The notes: generated by a model not told the origin, from the sequence alone. Shown: positions 37,920 to 51,808, numbered from the stretch's first letter. The stretch: 64,000 nt of DNA from Heterodontus francisci (GCF_036365525.1 NC_090417.1:8325850-8389849); one strand, 5' to 3'. Numbers and translations are program-made.

Positions 37920-39480
37920 TTTTTAATTCATTCATGGGATGTGGGCGTCGCTGGTCAGGCCAGCATTTATTGCCCATCCCTAATTGCCCTTGAGAAGGTG
38001 GTGGTGAGCTGCCTTCTTGAACCGCTGCAGTCCATTTGGAGTAGGTACACCACAGTGCTGTTAGGAAGGGAGTTCCAGGATTTTGACCCAGCAACAGTGA
38101 AGGAACAGCGATATAGTTCCAAGTCAGGATGGTGTGTGACTTGGAGGGGAACTTGCAGGTGGTGGTGTTCCCGTGCATTTGCTGCCCTTGTCCTTCTAGT
38201 TGGTCGAGGTCGCGGGTTTGGAAGGTGCTGTCTAAGGAGCCTTGGTGTGTTGCTGCAGTGCATCTTGTAGATGGTACACACTGCTGCCACTGTGCGTCGG
38301 TGGTGGAGGGAGTGAAGGTTTGGAGACGGGGTGTCAATCAAGCGGGCTGCTTTGTCCTGGATGGTGTCGAGCTTCTTGAGTGTTGTTGGAGCTGCACCCA
38401 TCCAGGCAGGTGGAGAGTATTCCATCACACTCCTGACTTGTGCCTTGTAGATGGTGGACAGACTTTGGGGAGTCAGGAGGTGAGTTACTCGCCTCAGGAT
38501 TCCTAGCCTCTGACCTGCTCTTGTCGCCACGGTATTTATATGGCTACTCCAGTTCTGTTTCTGGTCAATGGCAGCCCCTAGGATGTTGATAGTGGGGGAT
38601 TCAGCGATGGTAATGCCGTTGAATGTCAAAGGGAGATGGTTAGATTCTCTCTTGTTGGAGATGGTCATTGCCTGGCACTTGTGTGGCGTGAATGTTACTT
38701 GCCACTTATCAGCCCAAGCCTGGATATTGTCCAGGTCTTGCTGCATTTCTACACGCGTTGCTTCAGTATCTGAGGAGTCACGAATGGTGCTGAACATTGT
38801 GCAATCATCAGCGAACATCCCCACTTCTGACCTTATGGTTGAAGGAAGGTCATTGATGAAGCAGCTGAAGATTGTTGGGCCCAGGACACTACACTGAGGA
38901 ACTCATGCAGTGATGCCCTGGAGCTCAGATGATTGACCTCCAACAACCACAGCCATCTTCCTTTGCGCTTGATATGACTCCAGCCAGCGGAGGGTTTTCC
39001 CCCTGATTCCCATTGACCTCAGTTTTGCTAGGGCTCCTTGATGCCATACTCGCTCAAATGCTGCCTTGATGTCAAGGGCAGTCATTCTCACCTCACCTCT
39101 TGAGTTCAGCTCTTTTGTCCATGTTTGAACCAAGGCTGTAATGAGGTCAGGAGCTGAGTGGTCCTGGCGGAACCCAAACTGAGCGTCACTGAGCAGGTTA
39201 TTGCTAAGCAAGTGCCGCTTGATGGCATTGTTGATGACACCTTCCATCACTTTACTGATGATTGAGAGTAGGCTGATGGGGCGGTAATTGGCCGGGTTGG
39301 ACTTGTCCTGCTTTTTGTGTACAGGACATACCTGGGCAATTTTCCACATTGCAGAGTAGATGCCAGTGTTGTAGCTGTACTGGACCAGCTTGGCTAGGGG
39401 CGCGGCAAGTTCAGGAGCACAGGTCTTCAGGACTATTGCCGGAATATTGTCAGGGCCCATAGCTTTTGCAGTATCCAGTG
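37920..39480 (-). mobile_element. CR1-clade LINE RT domain + 3' end (relatively young)
   Basis: NYRPISLLS, QFGFR..HS, LDIKAAF, MFADDCT, VRSVMEY; A-rich tail at about 37915-37925. Confidence 0.92.
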
Positions 39481-39529
39481 GTCGGCAGGTGTTTTTGTGA
39501 CTGAGAGGCTGTTTCCAGTTTCTTCCTCA

Positions 39530-40160
39530 CGATCAACCGCAGGGCCAATTTTTGTATCATTGCAAGCGTTTTAATCATGCTCCCTAAATTTAAGTCTGAA
39601 TCGATGAGATATGCTATGAAAAGCAAAGGATAGGTTAATGAGTCCTGCAGAGCCCCACTGGAAATAGCCTCTCAGTCACAAAAACACCTGCTGACCAATA
39701 CTATGCTTCCTGCCACCGAGTTAATTTTGGATCCAACTTGCCACTTTCCTTTGGATCCCATGGGCTTTTATTTTTCTGACCAGTCTGCCTTGTGGAACCT
39801 TGTCAAAAGCTTTGCTAAAATCCATGTAGACTACATCAAACAGGCTACTCTCATTGACCCTCCTCAGAAACTGCTATCAAGTTAGTCAAATCTTCCGTTA
39901 ACAAATCCATCCTGACTGTCCATGTCTAGTCCATGCCTTTCTAAATGATGAATTTTTTTCAATAATTTGTCCACCGCCAAGATTAGGCTGACTGACCTTG
40001 TAATTACTCGGTCTATCTCTTTCTTCCTTTTTAAGCAACGGGACAACATTAGCAGTCCTCCAGCACCGTGCCTGGAGTAAGACAGGACTGGAAATTGGTT
40101 AGAGCCTCCTCTATTTCCTTCTTGCATCTCTGAACATTCTGGGATACATTTCATCCCCAA
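39530..40160 (-). mobile_element. Degenerate CR1 RT fragment
   Basis: Reverse strand TTGATGTAGTCTACATGGATTTTAGCAAAGCTTTTGACAAGGTTCCAC (DVVYMDFSKAFDKVP). Confidence 0.8.
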
Positions 40161-41499
40161 TGGTGCAGTTGGGGGACAAACAGTTGCCCACTGTTAGAGA
40201 AGGGGAGGGTGACAAGACATTAACCTGAATCAGATTATTAAGGTGGGAGTGGGGAGTTAGGCTATGCGGAAATTGAAAGCAAGGATAAGAAATTTTATTA
40301 ATTAACTGAGCCACAGTGTGTTTGGGGGCCATGACTACACACGATTTTGTATAGGTAAGGATGACGACTCTGGTATTTTGAGTCAAAATCTGGAGGAGTA
40401 ACATGGGCAGGCTCACTTGGAGAGTATTCGGAGATCATGACTACATGCACTAAGATTTTGCAGCAGTGTGGTAGCATTGGGTAGGGGTGAAAGAAGGCAG
40501 TCAGCAACAGATTGGATGTGGAGAGAGAAGCTGAACTTCAGGTTCCAAATCTGAGCTTGAGTTGCATCCAGGGAGGTTTATGGAATCAGAACCTGTAGGA
40601 GACAGAAAGGAATTGCATTAAAATAGAATTCAATCATACACTGTCATTGGGCATGTGATCTCGATACTTATTTGGAGGTCATGTTCATGTATGCTTCAAC
40701 CTTTTGTGCACCTTTTGCTAAAACAGAAAGAGTGTATGTATATTTCTTGATTGTTGTGAATGCTTTACATTAACAACTCACATTAATAAAGCATCCAAAG
40801 GCATTTCAGAGCAGAATCAAACAAAAATTGACAAAGCTAAAGGAGACATCAAAACAAATGATCAAATGTTTGGTGAAAGAAGTGGTTTTTGATGAGAATA
40901 TTAAAGGAGATGAGAGAAGTAGAGTTGCGGAGAGATTGAGGGAGGGAATTTCAAACCTTGGGGCTGGACAGCTGAAGGCACGACTGCCAATGGTGGGGTG
41001 GAGAAATTCAGGGATGCACAAGAGGCCAGATTTGGAGGCACATAGATTTTGGAAGGTTTCGGGCTGAAGGAGATTACACACATTAGGAGGGGAAAGACCA
41101 TGCAGTGATTTGAATGAACTTATGGGAGATATTTAAGTAAATACACTCATTACATGGATTTACTTGTATTGTGTGCAAAGCATTCTTTTCTAAAATTAAT
41201 GCAAATGGCTAAAACGATGTCTCCAAATGGACGTGGCTGGACAGTGACTTCTGTTGGGCGACACTGGATTGGTATCATTGGATCTTGAATGTCTACCACA
41301 ACCAATAACCTAAATTGCAATCTAATTTCTCAAATGAAGTTTGAACCCAGTAAGTAGTGACTTATTACTATTTACATTTCTCGAACTTTATTTCAGTTAT
41401 TTTTTAAAGCGCTTTTAAATCAAATTTCTACCAGCCTATAAAAACTCTCAAGCTGCCAATACTCTAAACGAAACTCTCACCAGCGAACAACTTTGTTTC

Positions 41500-41610
41500 G
41501 TCTGGCCACGCCCTTTTATGCTAATAGACCACGTGATTTGTATTTTCACCAGAACATTGGAAGATTGATACATTTTTGGAACAGATGATTGGTTGGGTGA
41601 CCTGTCTATT
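41500..41610 (+). promoter_or_regulatory. Probable GNS-like promoter: GC box, CLEAR-like E-box, tandem inverted CCAAT boxes
   Basis: GCCACGCCC 41505-41513; CCACGTGAT 41529-41537; ATTGG at 41556-41560 and 41588-41592 (32-bp spacing); 150-260 bp upstream of ATG 41763. Confidence 0.6.
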
Positions 41611-41762
41611 TATCAAAACTCTGCGTGGTCAACAGACACACAAAGTTCAGAACCAGGAAACCGCAGCTGTTGGAGATGAGTGTGTAATCCGACAGGATTC
41701 CAACTGTTCACCTATTAGATTCTCCTTAATATTCTCCCGAGTTGCCTCTTCCATTCGAAATC

Positions 41763-41876
41763 ATGAAGTTGGCAGCTTTTTTGCTCTTGATCGTATCCTG
41801 TCGCTTTGGACATTGCGTAAAACGGAATATCGTGCTGATACTAACGGACGATCAGGACACTGAGCTTGGGGGAATG
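41763..41876 (+). CDS. GNS: N-acetylglucosamine-6-sulfatase-like, exon 1 (signal peptide + metal-binding DD)
   Basis: MKLAAFLLLIVSCRFGHCVKRNIVLILTDDQDTELGGM |gtaggt; hydrophobic leader then the NIVLILTDDQD sulfatase N-terminus; 114 nt. The symbol is a family-level call and may be a paralog. Confidence 0.9.
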
Positions 41877-42417
41877 GTAGGTTTCATGTGAACTGGCAGG
41901 TTGAACTAATGCTTTGGTGAAAATCTAAGAGTTGTTTTAGTCCTACCGTACATGCTTTCTCCTCCTTATCCTTCACATCCAGTCCTTGCGTCTGAACTTC
42001 TCCATTAACAATCACCCTGAATGGCTGAGTAAAACTCTTCTGCGGTAAAATTTACAAGGTGAACTTTAAACTTTGACCACGACTGAATTGCCAATTTTTT
42101 TCTCTGGCTTTAGTTTTTTTTTACATCAGGCAATACACAAAAGCTTGAAACTTTAAAATTAGTCTTAACATTCACCCCAAAGGATAACATTTAAAACATA
42201 AAAACGTCCTTTCTCTTACGCAGATGCTGACTTGCCATGCCCTGCACTCTTTACTATTTTGTTTTTGCTAAAGATTGACAACATTTACTGTGGTTTTCAT
42301 GAGCTTAATGTTCGTAACTGCTGTCAACGAAATGGTGGATTAATTACTTCTCTTTGGGTAGCTGTGGGGTGCTGAGGGAAAAATGAACAATAAAATGAAG
42401 TATAAAATAAATATGAT

Positions 42418-42540
42418 ACAAAAGCAAAATACTGCGGATGTTGGAAATGTGAAATAAAAACAGAAAATGCTGGAAATACTTAGTAATTTATGAAGAGAGA
42501 AACCGTTAGTGTTTCAGGTCTCTGACTTTTCGTCCAGCAT
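42418..42540 (-). mobile_element. Short Penelope pLTR-derived element (degenerate)
   Basis: AAAGCAAAATACTGCGGATG.TGGAAAT.TGAAATAAAAACAGAAAATGCTGGAAATACT is the reverse complement of the pLTR tail. Confidence 0.75.
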
Positions 42541-45500
42541 CTTCGATTAAAACCAGAACATCCAGCTTTATTTAATATGTAGTATTAAACTGCGTGGTCA
42601 AGTTCACCCTTCTCTCCAAACACCACAACTCATTATAAACTGAACTGAGACTTTTGGATGGTGACTGCCTCTGCCCATTTGCTGAATCACCAGTGTCTTT
42701 AAAAGGTGATGCACACAATGTTTCTCACTTATCTTCATGTGGTTAACACAGCCCTTGCTGCTTGTCCCCGTGTGTATCTGATGGAAAATAAAAGTTTTGT
42801 GTATCTAACATCTGAATTAAATGTCATTCAAATTTGACCATTTGAAGAAACTTCTTGAGTGTGCCGTGGTTGTCAAACAATCTAAATGAAGTAGTTTTCC
42901 TGGGCGTCAAATGATTATTTACGTTGTGGTCTGTAAAATTAACTTAAGTAATGTAAATGTTGCTTCCACAATTTTTTAAACTCTGGCCAGAGGTACTGGA
43001 AACTAGGTGAATGCCTGACAGAAGTAAATGTGTGTTGCTTTCCGAAAGACACGTTTGACTCTTGGGTCTCCAAGGTTGAGCTTGGAATGAGATTATCAAC
43101 ATTTCTTACTCTGTCCAGGGGTCTCTTGGCCCATATCTATAATATTGACCAATAACATGAGGAAATATATCATTGTCAACTGAAGTAAATAATTTTTTCG
43201 CTCTTGAGCAATAAATGTAGAGAGCATTGAACCTGTGATGAGTGTCTGAAGAATATACTTGACACGTTATTAAAGTGGCCTTGTGACTTGCTGTGTGCTG
43301 AAGGCCAGTCGCCATATGAGTCAGTGCTGCTTGCAAGTTTATTCACTTCCTATTTTGTAGTTTCATCAGGTTGTCTGTTAAATAGACACCATTGGAAACT
43401 AACTTTTTTTTTTAGGAGAGGATTTTCTGCTGGAGTGGATTTAATAATGACCTGATGAAGAGCTGTGTAAATACAAGCTATTCAGGATTGGGCAGTCTGA
43501 ATGGAAAAATAGTTCCTAACAGCTAAATCAATGTGCCATATTTAACATGGAAAATGAAAGTTTGGGACCAAATTGTCACCCTTCCTCACAAAAAGTGAGA
43601 GGGTACCTAATGTGACAAAGTTGTCACACTGGTACAAAGGATGAGGGATTTTGGAGATTGGAGTTGAGGCAGATTAATAGGACAAAGTGGAAGAATCTTT
43701 ACCTGGCACATAACTCTGCTGCATCTCACACGAGAATGCTTGATACTGGAATGGAGTGTTCCATACTCAGCACTCATGTCCTTGGCTCTTTCAGCGCAAA
43801 TATTTCACAAAATGAAAATCTTTCACCCACCCCCACTTTCACGACTTTCTATCCCTGCATGACTTCTGCCCTGCAATTGTTCTCTAGAGCTGAACTTTAG
43901 TTTGTTTGAGTTTTGCCTCTTCACAGGGCCACATCCTGTCACTTGGGTCAAGTGTAGTAGAGCTCCAACAAACAGTATAGGTGCTCTAGTCCTGGGGCAA
44001 GACTAGAAGCCATAAACTTTCCAGTCACCGGTGAGAGTGATACCAACTGAGCCAAGCTGAGAACTGTGTGTAAGCCAGTTAGACAATGAGACTGTTAAAT
44101 TTCTGAAGGTGATTTAATCTTAGCCTTGAACTACTGGATAAAGCCTTTGTTTGCTAGAGAAAAATCCTTGAGCTGATAGAGCTCATCTTATCCTCGGATT
44201 CAGTTACTTTGTAATCTATTCTCTGTGCTGTTGCTCAGTTATACTGCTATCCCTGTTTGTTCTTAATTGTATTTCTGAGTGTTTCTGTTAGTGCTTTGAT
44301 TGTTTATGCTGTGGCTCAGGATGTTTTATCGAAGTTGTCTTTGCAGTCAGGCTTTTATTGTGGGTGTGAGGAAGAAGTGTCATGTTGAACTTCAAACACT
44401 TGTCAAGTCGATTCGAATATAATGAAGCATTCTCCAAATTCATGAACCTCACTGCCTGACAATTGGGGGATTGTCACTGAGCTATCGGGAACACAACTTC
44501 AAAATGAACCTCTAAGCTACACATTCAGATGCCATTGTACTCCGTCTTAACCTCATTGTTCATCATTGCTTGATGTTCACCACCTAGTTTTAGGTCAAGG
44601 GGAGAAAAATGCTTAACTTTTATTTATTCAGGTATTGAATGGTTGAGGGAGATAATTGTGATATCCTTTCCTAGCTGGAATTTTTTTTAACTACAGCGTC
44701 CTATAAAAATGGCATGCGTTTTGTGACTTAAATATAAGTGAGTGTATTGATGCTCACCATTATTGAAAAGTAAAATGGACGGCAACTCCCCGCAACCATA
44801 GATACACAGTTAAACCCAGAAATCAGGAAGTTGCTGTCAGTTGCTCCTTCTCCAGAAGCTGTATTGTCCAGGTTTCTTGCCATGAAACATGGAACAGTGG
44901 GAAGTTGCGTTACGTAATCACTAGATACCCACTCAACGTGGAGTCTCCTTCAGGTTTTCATTATTGTTGGAGATTTTAAGTTTTTTTCCAACTATTTTTC
45001 ATTGTTTCTTTTATCTCTCAATCCCATCTTTTTCCCCTCTGTTTTACTTTCTGTGCATGATTTGGCATTGAATTAAATTTTGTAACTAGTACCTCTAGAT
45101 TCTGTGTGCCTCAGCCAGAATTCTTCAATCTGATTGTCTCGCTCCTCACCCAGTTGTTTGCAGATCCCAGATCCCCTCCAGGATGTGCCATCATGCTGAA
45201 ATGGATTTCTGATCACAGCAAGTTCCAGTGGAAAAGCCCTGTAGAAAGTCTGAGTGGGTGTAAGTGTAATGTTCACCACTGAAGACAAAACTCTTTTCTC
45301 CAATCTAAAATGACCCCCTTTTATGCCTGCTGTCGGTTTGACAGGAACATCAGAATAGAATCACTAGGCAATTGAGCCCCACAAGCCTGTTCTGCTATTG
45401 AATTAGTTCATGATTTATCTCCACTGCTTTGCATTCTGAAGTACCATAGCTGTCAATTATTGTACTTTGTGTTAAGTTTTTTTTTACAGTTATTAATTTG

Positions 45501-47249
45501 TCTTCACAAAATCCCCTCATCGAAGACATTTTGTTTGGCAGGGGTTATAAGTGATTTGCACATTGCAGTTTAGTGCAGAACAATTGCCTTTAAATCTGTG
45601 TTCTCTGATTATTGATTCTCATGCCAGTAGAACCAGTTTCTCTTTATTTAATCTGTCAAAACTCTTCATAATTTTGAACTCCTCTATTAAATCTCTTGCT
45701 GCTCTCAGAACAGCCAGCTTCTCTAGTCTCTTCACATAACTCAAGTCCTTGATTTCCGGTGGTCTTCTAGTACATCTTCTATGCCTTGTTAACCTTCCTA
45801 AAGTGTAATGCCTAGAATTAGACACAATACTGAGGCCGAACTAGTGACTGAGAAAAGGGATTCAAAGTAGCAGCGTCATTATGATTGGGAAAGTACAAGT
45901 TAAGCAGGGAAATTATTTGCCATCAGTTTTCGCAGAGTCCTGAATTCAAATTTGGCCAACTTCAAAGTGATCGCGAGGGAGGTCATGAGACCTCCTGCTG
46001 CTGTAAGGTGAATATGTGTTGTTTCCAGTAGAATGTAACTCAGAGTAAATGAGAGAGCCAAATGTTTGCTTACAGGCCTTGTTGTAAAACCACAAGACAG
46101 TTATGAGTGATACCAGCTACGTACAACTGATCTCTCAAGTAAAAGACAGAACTATGTCTCCTGTTTTTGTAGAGTTCATAAATTTGTTGATACTTCAAGA
46201 TCCACACGGTCACTCTGTACTGATACTGTGCTGATTTCCAAGGGTTGCTGTGTCTCTAATCCAATGAAGTTACAGTACTTTTTCTGCTGTTTCATCGTTG
46301 GCAAAGGAACTTGTAAATCCAGATATTTAATGCTGAACTTTCAAGGTTATTCAAATTACAAAGGGTTGTGGTCAGACTTTATTGTTGCTTTTTCGTTTGT
46401 CCTTGTGCATTAGATATCATCTGGCTGAAAATTACCTTGGAGGTTATAAGGATGGTAAAGACTGACATTATCAAGTACTTAGCACACACTGAACATAATT
46501 ATTTGTGTGGTGGCAGGGGCCTGTGAAAAGCAGGCCAATGTTGAAAAGGGCAGATGTATGGAGGTTACACATTTTTTGATGGTTTAACAAATCTAATTAT
46601 TTATGTGCAATTTTGTTGCTGCACATTAAATGGTTGAGGTGTAATTACTGATGAGTTTCTCTGTGGTCTGTGGATGAAGAAGGTTTGATGGGCTGAATGG
46701 TATTTCTTCCACTCTGACCATGGTCTAGCAGTATAAGCTGGCACAAAACAAATCCTGAATATTTGCAATTATCTCCAGTATCTGTAACTTCGCATTTTTC
46801 TATTTATTGCTGTATGTTGAAACTGTAAATGTTGAGGACAAGTGGCAGTTTTTGAAGTGTTCTAATACATGCTCATATATGCATGTTTGTCCCCATGCCT
46901 TTGCTCACTTTTTTTGTTTGAGTGTGCTGCTCCCCATGATGCATTTTTTTCCAGCTGATATCCCTCTCATTAGTAAACACAAGTGCTTGGATGGCAACCA
47001 AGCTTGTGGGAATCTTGGACTGTTGGTTTGATTTTTCTACATTTCTACCAGATGCTTGTCATCTTCAAGAGGAACGGTGTGAGGTGATATTGAAAGTGCT
47101 GTGAGACACTTGAAGAGGTCTCCCATGAAGCCTCCTGTAGATAGCAGGTGTCATAGCAAGCAACCCCATGCAATCAGGAAGGTTCAGCAACCAGATGAAT
47201 AAATGATAACTTACTGAGGGACTGGATTGCATGGCATTCTGCAGCTAAG

Positions 47250-48325
47250 TGTTACAATAGGTTTTATTTTTGTACTAAATCTTAGAATTCTTTGTTTTAA
47301 AAAAAACTGAGAAAAGGATTTTTGCTCAAAGGACATTGATCTGCAAATAGCTGAAATTTTTGAATGTTGACTCTGCCTGCTTGCCAGTTCTTTTGTTCAA
47401 CTTCAAGAAAACAGCAAGGCGTTTTGACATCCTAAGAGCAACACGTTTGAATGTCCAAGGAGACACTCTGTCTGGCCATGTGATCAGCTCAGCAAGGTTT
47501 TTGCTTTCACTTTGGAGTTTGAAAAACCAATGAGTTGGACAAAGAGCAGGCATTTTTGAAACTCCGACCTGACCTGCTGGAGACTAGAGAAGACGACCTC
47601 TCTTTGTAAAGGAAACCTATCTCTCTTGGAATGAGATCCTGTATTTGAAAGGTGGCAGATTCCTATTGCCTCTTGTCTCTGAAGAATTCTTGCATCCAGT
47701 GTGGTTCCTGTTGCCTCGTGTGTTTTGGGAAATCCTGGAGCCTGAAGAAAGCTTCTACTGCAAGACTGCTACTGAGAGTCGGAAGCAGACCTGTTGCTAC
47801 ACTCCTGCTGAAAGACCTATGCGATGCCTGCTGTAGTCAAATTGTCTTGAATGCCTACCTATCACAAACTGTTGCATCAACCTCGCCTGGTGGGACTTTG
47901 TGTGGCATCCAACTATTTGACTGGGACACCTCACCGAACTGAAAACATCATACCAGAACATCATAAACCCAATTATTTTATTATTCCTTTTACTTCCTAA
48001 GAAACAGCTGGAAACCTAAAAATCCTTTCCCCCAGTTAACCGGGTTTGAATGTGTGTGTCTTTGTATATGAGAGTTCGCAATAATGAGTTTATAAAAAAA
48101 AATCTTTCTACATATAAATTTATCTCATTATTGTTTAACTATTTATTAATAAACTAAATCTTAATATTGTTGGTTAAAGAAACCTGTTTGGTGTGCTTTA
48201 TTCTGAGGGACAAATAAAGTATAATTGGCTATTCTTCAGTCGGTGGGAAAACTTTATGATATGCTGCAACCTGTTGAGAAGTGGGACTGAATTAACAGTG
48301 GATATCTCCCACCTTGGTCGTAACA
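47250..48325 (+). mobile_element. Solo LTR-like element (about 1.08 kb)
   Basis: Begins TGTTAC and ends GTAACA (6-bp terminal inverted repeat, TG...CA); internal AATAAA at 48148-48153; related partial copies elsewhere in the window; no clear TSD. Confidence 0.65.
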
Positions 48326-48369
48326 CAGGGTATTGAAAAATTTCCTCTGCTCGGCGTTAATAAAAAAAA

Positions 48370-50490
48370 AACACAGGAGCCAGAGTAGGCCATTTGACCT
48401 CTTAAGCCTGCCCCACCATTCAATGTGATCATGGCTGACCTGATCGTGCCCTCAACTCCACTTTCCTGCCTGCCCATCTAAACCCTTGACTCCTTTTGTA
48501 GATTAAAAATCTGTCTAACGCTACCTTGTCTCCACTGCTGTCTGGGGAAGATAACTCCAAAGATTCATGAGCACCTGAGAAGAAATTTCCCATATTTAAT
48601 GGGAGACCCCTTATTCTGACAGTCTGCCCCCGACTTCTAGATTCTCCCGTGAGGGGAAACATCTCTCAGCACCTACACTGTCAAGCCTCCTCAGAATCTT
48701 TTATGTTTACATAACATCATCTCTCATTCTTGTAAATTGCAATGAATATAGACCCAACTTACACAATTTGTCCTCATAAAACAACCCCTTCATCCCAGGA
48801 ATCAGCATAGTGAACCATCTCTGAACTACCTCCAATGCAAGTATAACATCAGAACATAAGAAATAGGAACAGGATTGGCCATCTGGCCCCTCAAGCCTGC
48901 CCTGCCATTCAATGGCTGATCTGTGCCAGACCTCCACTCGTCTTTCGTGCCTGCTCCTCCTAGCCCTCAACTCCCCGATATTTCAAAAATCTATCTACCT
49001 CTTTAAATACTTTCAGTGATCTAGCCTCAACAACTCTCTGGGGTAGAGAATTCCAGACATTCACTTCCCTCTGATGGAAGAAATTCCTTTGCATCTCAGT
49101 TTTAAATGAGTGTCCCCTTATTCTCTAATTATGTCCCCTAGTTCCAGATTCCCCCACTAGTGGAAACATCTATTCAACATCTACCCTGTCAAGCCCCCTC
49201 AGAATTTTGTACGTTTAAATAAAATCACCCCTCACTCATCTAAACTCCAATGAATAAAGGCCTAACCTGTTGAGCCTTTCTTGATAAGTCAACCCCTTCA
49301 TCCCAGGAATCAGCTTAGTGAATCTCTTTTGAACTGCCTCCATTGTCAGTATAACATTTCTTAAATACGGGGACCAAAACTATACACAGTACTCCAGGTG
49401 CGGCCTCACCAACACCCTGTACGGTTGTGACAAGACTTCCCTATTTTTAAACTCCAACTCCCTTCGCAATAAGGGCCAAAATTCCATTTGCCGCCTTAAT
49501 TACTTGTTGCATCTGCATGCTAACTTTTTGTGTTCCATGCACAAGAACAGCCAGATCCCTCTGTGCTGCACTTTTTTGAAGTCTCTCTCCATTTAAATAA
49601 TAGTTGCCTTTTAATTCTTCCGACGAATGTGCATGACCTCGTACTTTCCTACGTTAACCTCCATCTGCCAGATTTTTGCCCACTCACTCAACCTATCTAT
49701 ATAGCCTTGCAGATTCCTTATGTCCTCATCACAACATGCCCTCCCACCTATTTTTGTATCGTCAGCAAATTTGGATATATTACACTCTGCCCCCTCCTCC
49801 AAGTCATTAATATAGATAGTAAATAATTGAGGCCTTGGTAGCACTCCACCAGTTACGTCTTTCCAACCTGAAAAAGACCCATTCATTCCGATTCTCTGTC
49901 TTCTATGAGTGAACCAATCCTCAATTCATGCTAATACATTACCCCCAATACTGTGAGCTCCTATCTTGTGCAATAATCTTTTATGTGGCACCTTATGGAA
50001 TGCCTTCTGGAAATCCAAATACACTACTTCTACTGGTTCCCCTTTATCAACTCTGCTTGTTATATCCTCAAAAAACTCAAAAAAGCAAATTTGTCAAACA
50101 TGATTTCCCTTTCACAAAACCATGTTGACTCTGATTGCATTAAGCTTTTCTAAAAGTCCTGCTATTTCTTACTTTAATAATGGACTCTAGCATTTTCCCA
50201 GTGACCGATGTTAGGCTGGCTGGCCCATAGTTTCCTGCTTTTTGTCTCCCTTCTTGAACAGGGGCGTCACATTAGCGGTTGTCCAATCCGCTGGGACCCT
50301 CCAGGAATCCAGTGAGTTCTGGAATATTTCGACCAATGCAGCCACTTCCTTTAAAAGCCTTGGATGTAGGCCATCAGGTCCTGGCGACTTGTCTGCCTTT
50401 AGTCCCATTAGTTTGTCAAATACTTTGTCCCTCGTAATAGAGACTGTTACAAGATCTTTCCTCCCATTAGCTCCTTGCTTATCTGTGGGA
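48370..50490 (-). mobile_element. Two stacked CR1 fragments (48370-48845 and 48851-50490)
   Basis: KSPGPDGLHPRLLKE, LFTIYINDLE...ISKFADDTKIGG, two separate CR1 3'UTR tails. Confidence 0.9.
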
Positions 50491-50886
50491 TATCCCATTA
50501 ACTCCAATATCTCATCATGTCAGTAGATGAGGTCACAGGAAATACAGTACCTAACAACATCAGAAGTTTCATGTTGGCAGAGTGTACCAAAGCATTTCTA
50601 CACAACGCCAGAGCTCTGAAACACGTAGTTAAATTTTAACCAATGTCAAGGGCTGTCCTGTCCACCATTCCTCCACCCACCACTTCAATTTACCCAAGTT
50701 CAGGTCAATGGCAAAATCCCATCCTGTTTGTTAAAACAGTGTGCACATCCCAATTACAGTCCATTCTCAAACCCACAAGCAAAAAGCACAAAAATACCAA
50801 CCACAGCAGGCTCACAGCATCAACATTTTTTAATTTAAATTATTTTCTTTGTGGGCCAGAAGGAGCAAGAGAATTCCTCTTGACAT

Positions 50887-51198
50887 CTTTTTCCCAGGGT
50901 GGAAGAGTCAGTTACTAGGGAACATAGGTTTAAGGTGAGAGGGGCAAAGTTTAGAGGGGATGTGCGCGGCAAATTCTTTACACAGAGGGTGGTGAGTGCC
51001 TGGAACTTGCTGCCGGGGGAGGTGGTGGAAGCAGGTCCGATAGCGACGTTTAAGAGGCGTCTTGACAAATAGATGAATAGGACGGGAATAGAGGGATATG
51101 GTCCCCGGAAGTGCAGAAGGTTTTAGTTCAGGCAGGCATCAAGATCGGCGCAGGCTTGGAGGGCCGAATGGCCTGTTCCTGTGCTGTTTTGTTCTTTG
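50887..51198 (+). mobile_element. Short CR1 3' end, same young subfamily as 441-1704
   Basis: Near-identical to 1387-1700. Confidence 0.92.
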
Positions 51199-51808
51199 TG
51201 TCACAGTAACAGCTTGGGCCTCATCTGATCAATCCTAGATTTTTCAACCTGCCTTAATTTATCAGGAGAGCATTTCCAAGGCAGTGCTGTTAAAATTATC
51301 TGGGCCTCACGCTTCAGGGTGCTGGATTATTTTACATTGTTTTAAAATCGAGGCTACAGTAAGGACTTTACAAATAGGGACCAGGTACAAAGGTGGAATT
51401 CAGGTGGAGGGCTCAGTGAGGTGACTGAAGTAGCAGGTTTTTTCCAAGTGCTTGGGAGTTTTCACTAAAGGCTATGCCAATGATGAAGCATAGACCAGTG
51501 GGAAGAGCAGGGAGTATACTGCAGCAAATGTGCAGAATCTATCTTGGCCTGGATCTGGACCTGATAAATGCTGTTGAATCACCAGATCTGAGTGGATAAG
51601 TTGGCAAATACTACATTGTTATTCATAATGTAGGTGCGGAGTTACAAAGTGGTACAACTTTTACAAAACAAACTTATGAATGATCTGTACTACTAGAATT
51701 GTCAACTCCTATACAGTTTAGATCTGAAGTTTAATTGAAATAATCTGACTTTGTACAAGTATCGAACATTACCAATGTCCTAACAATGTCGTATGCTGCT
51801 GTTTTCAG

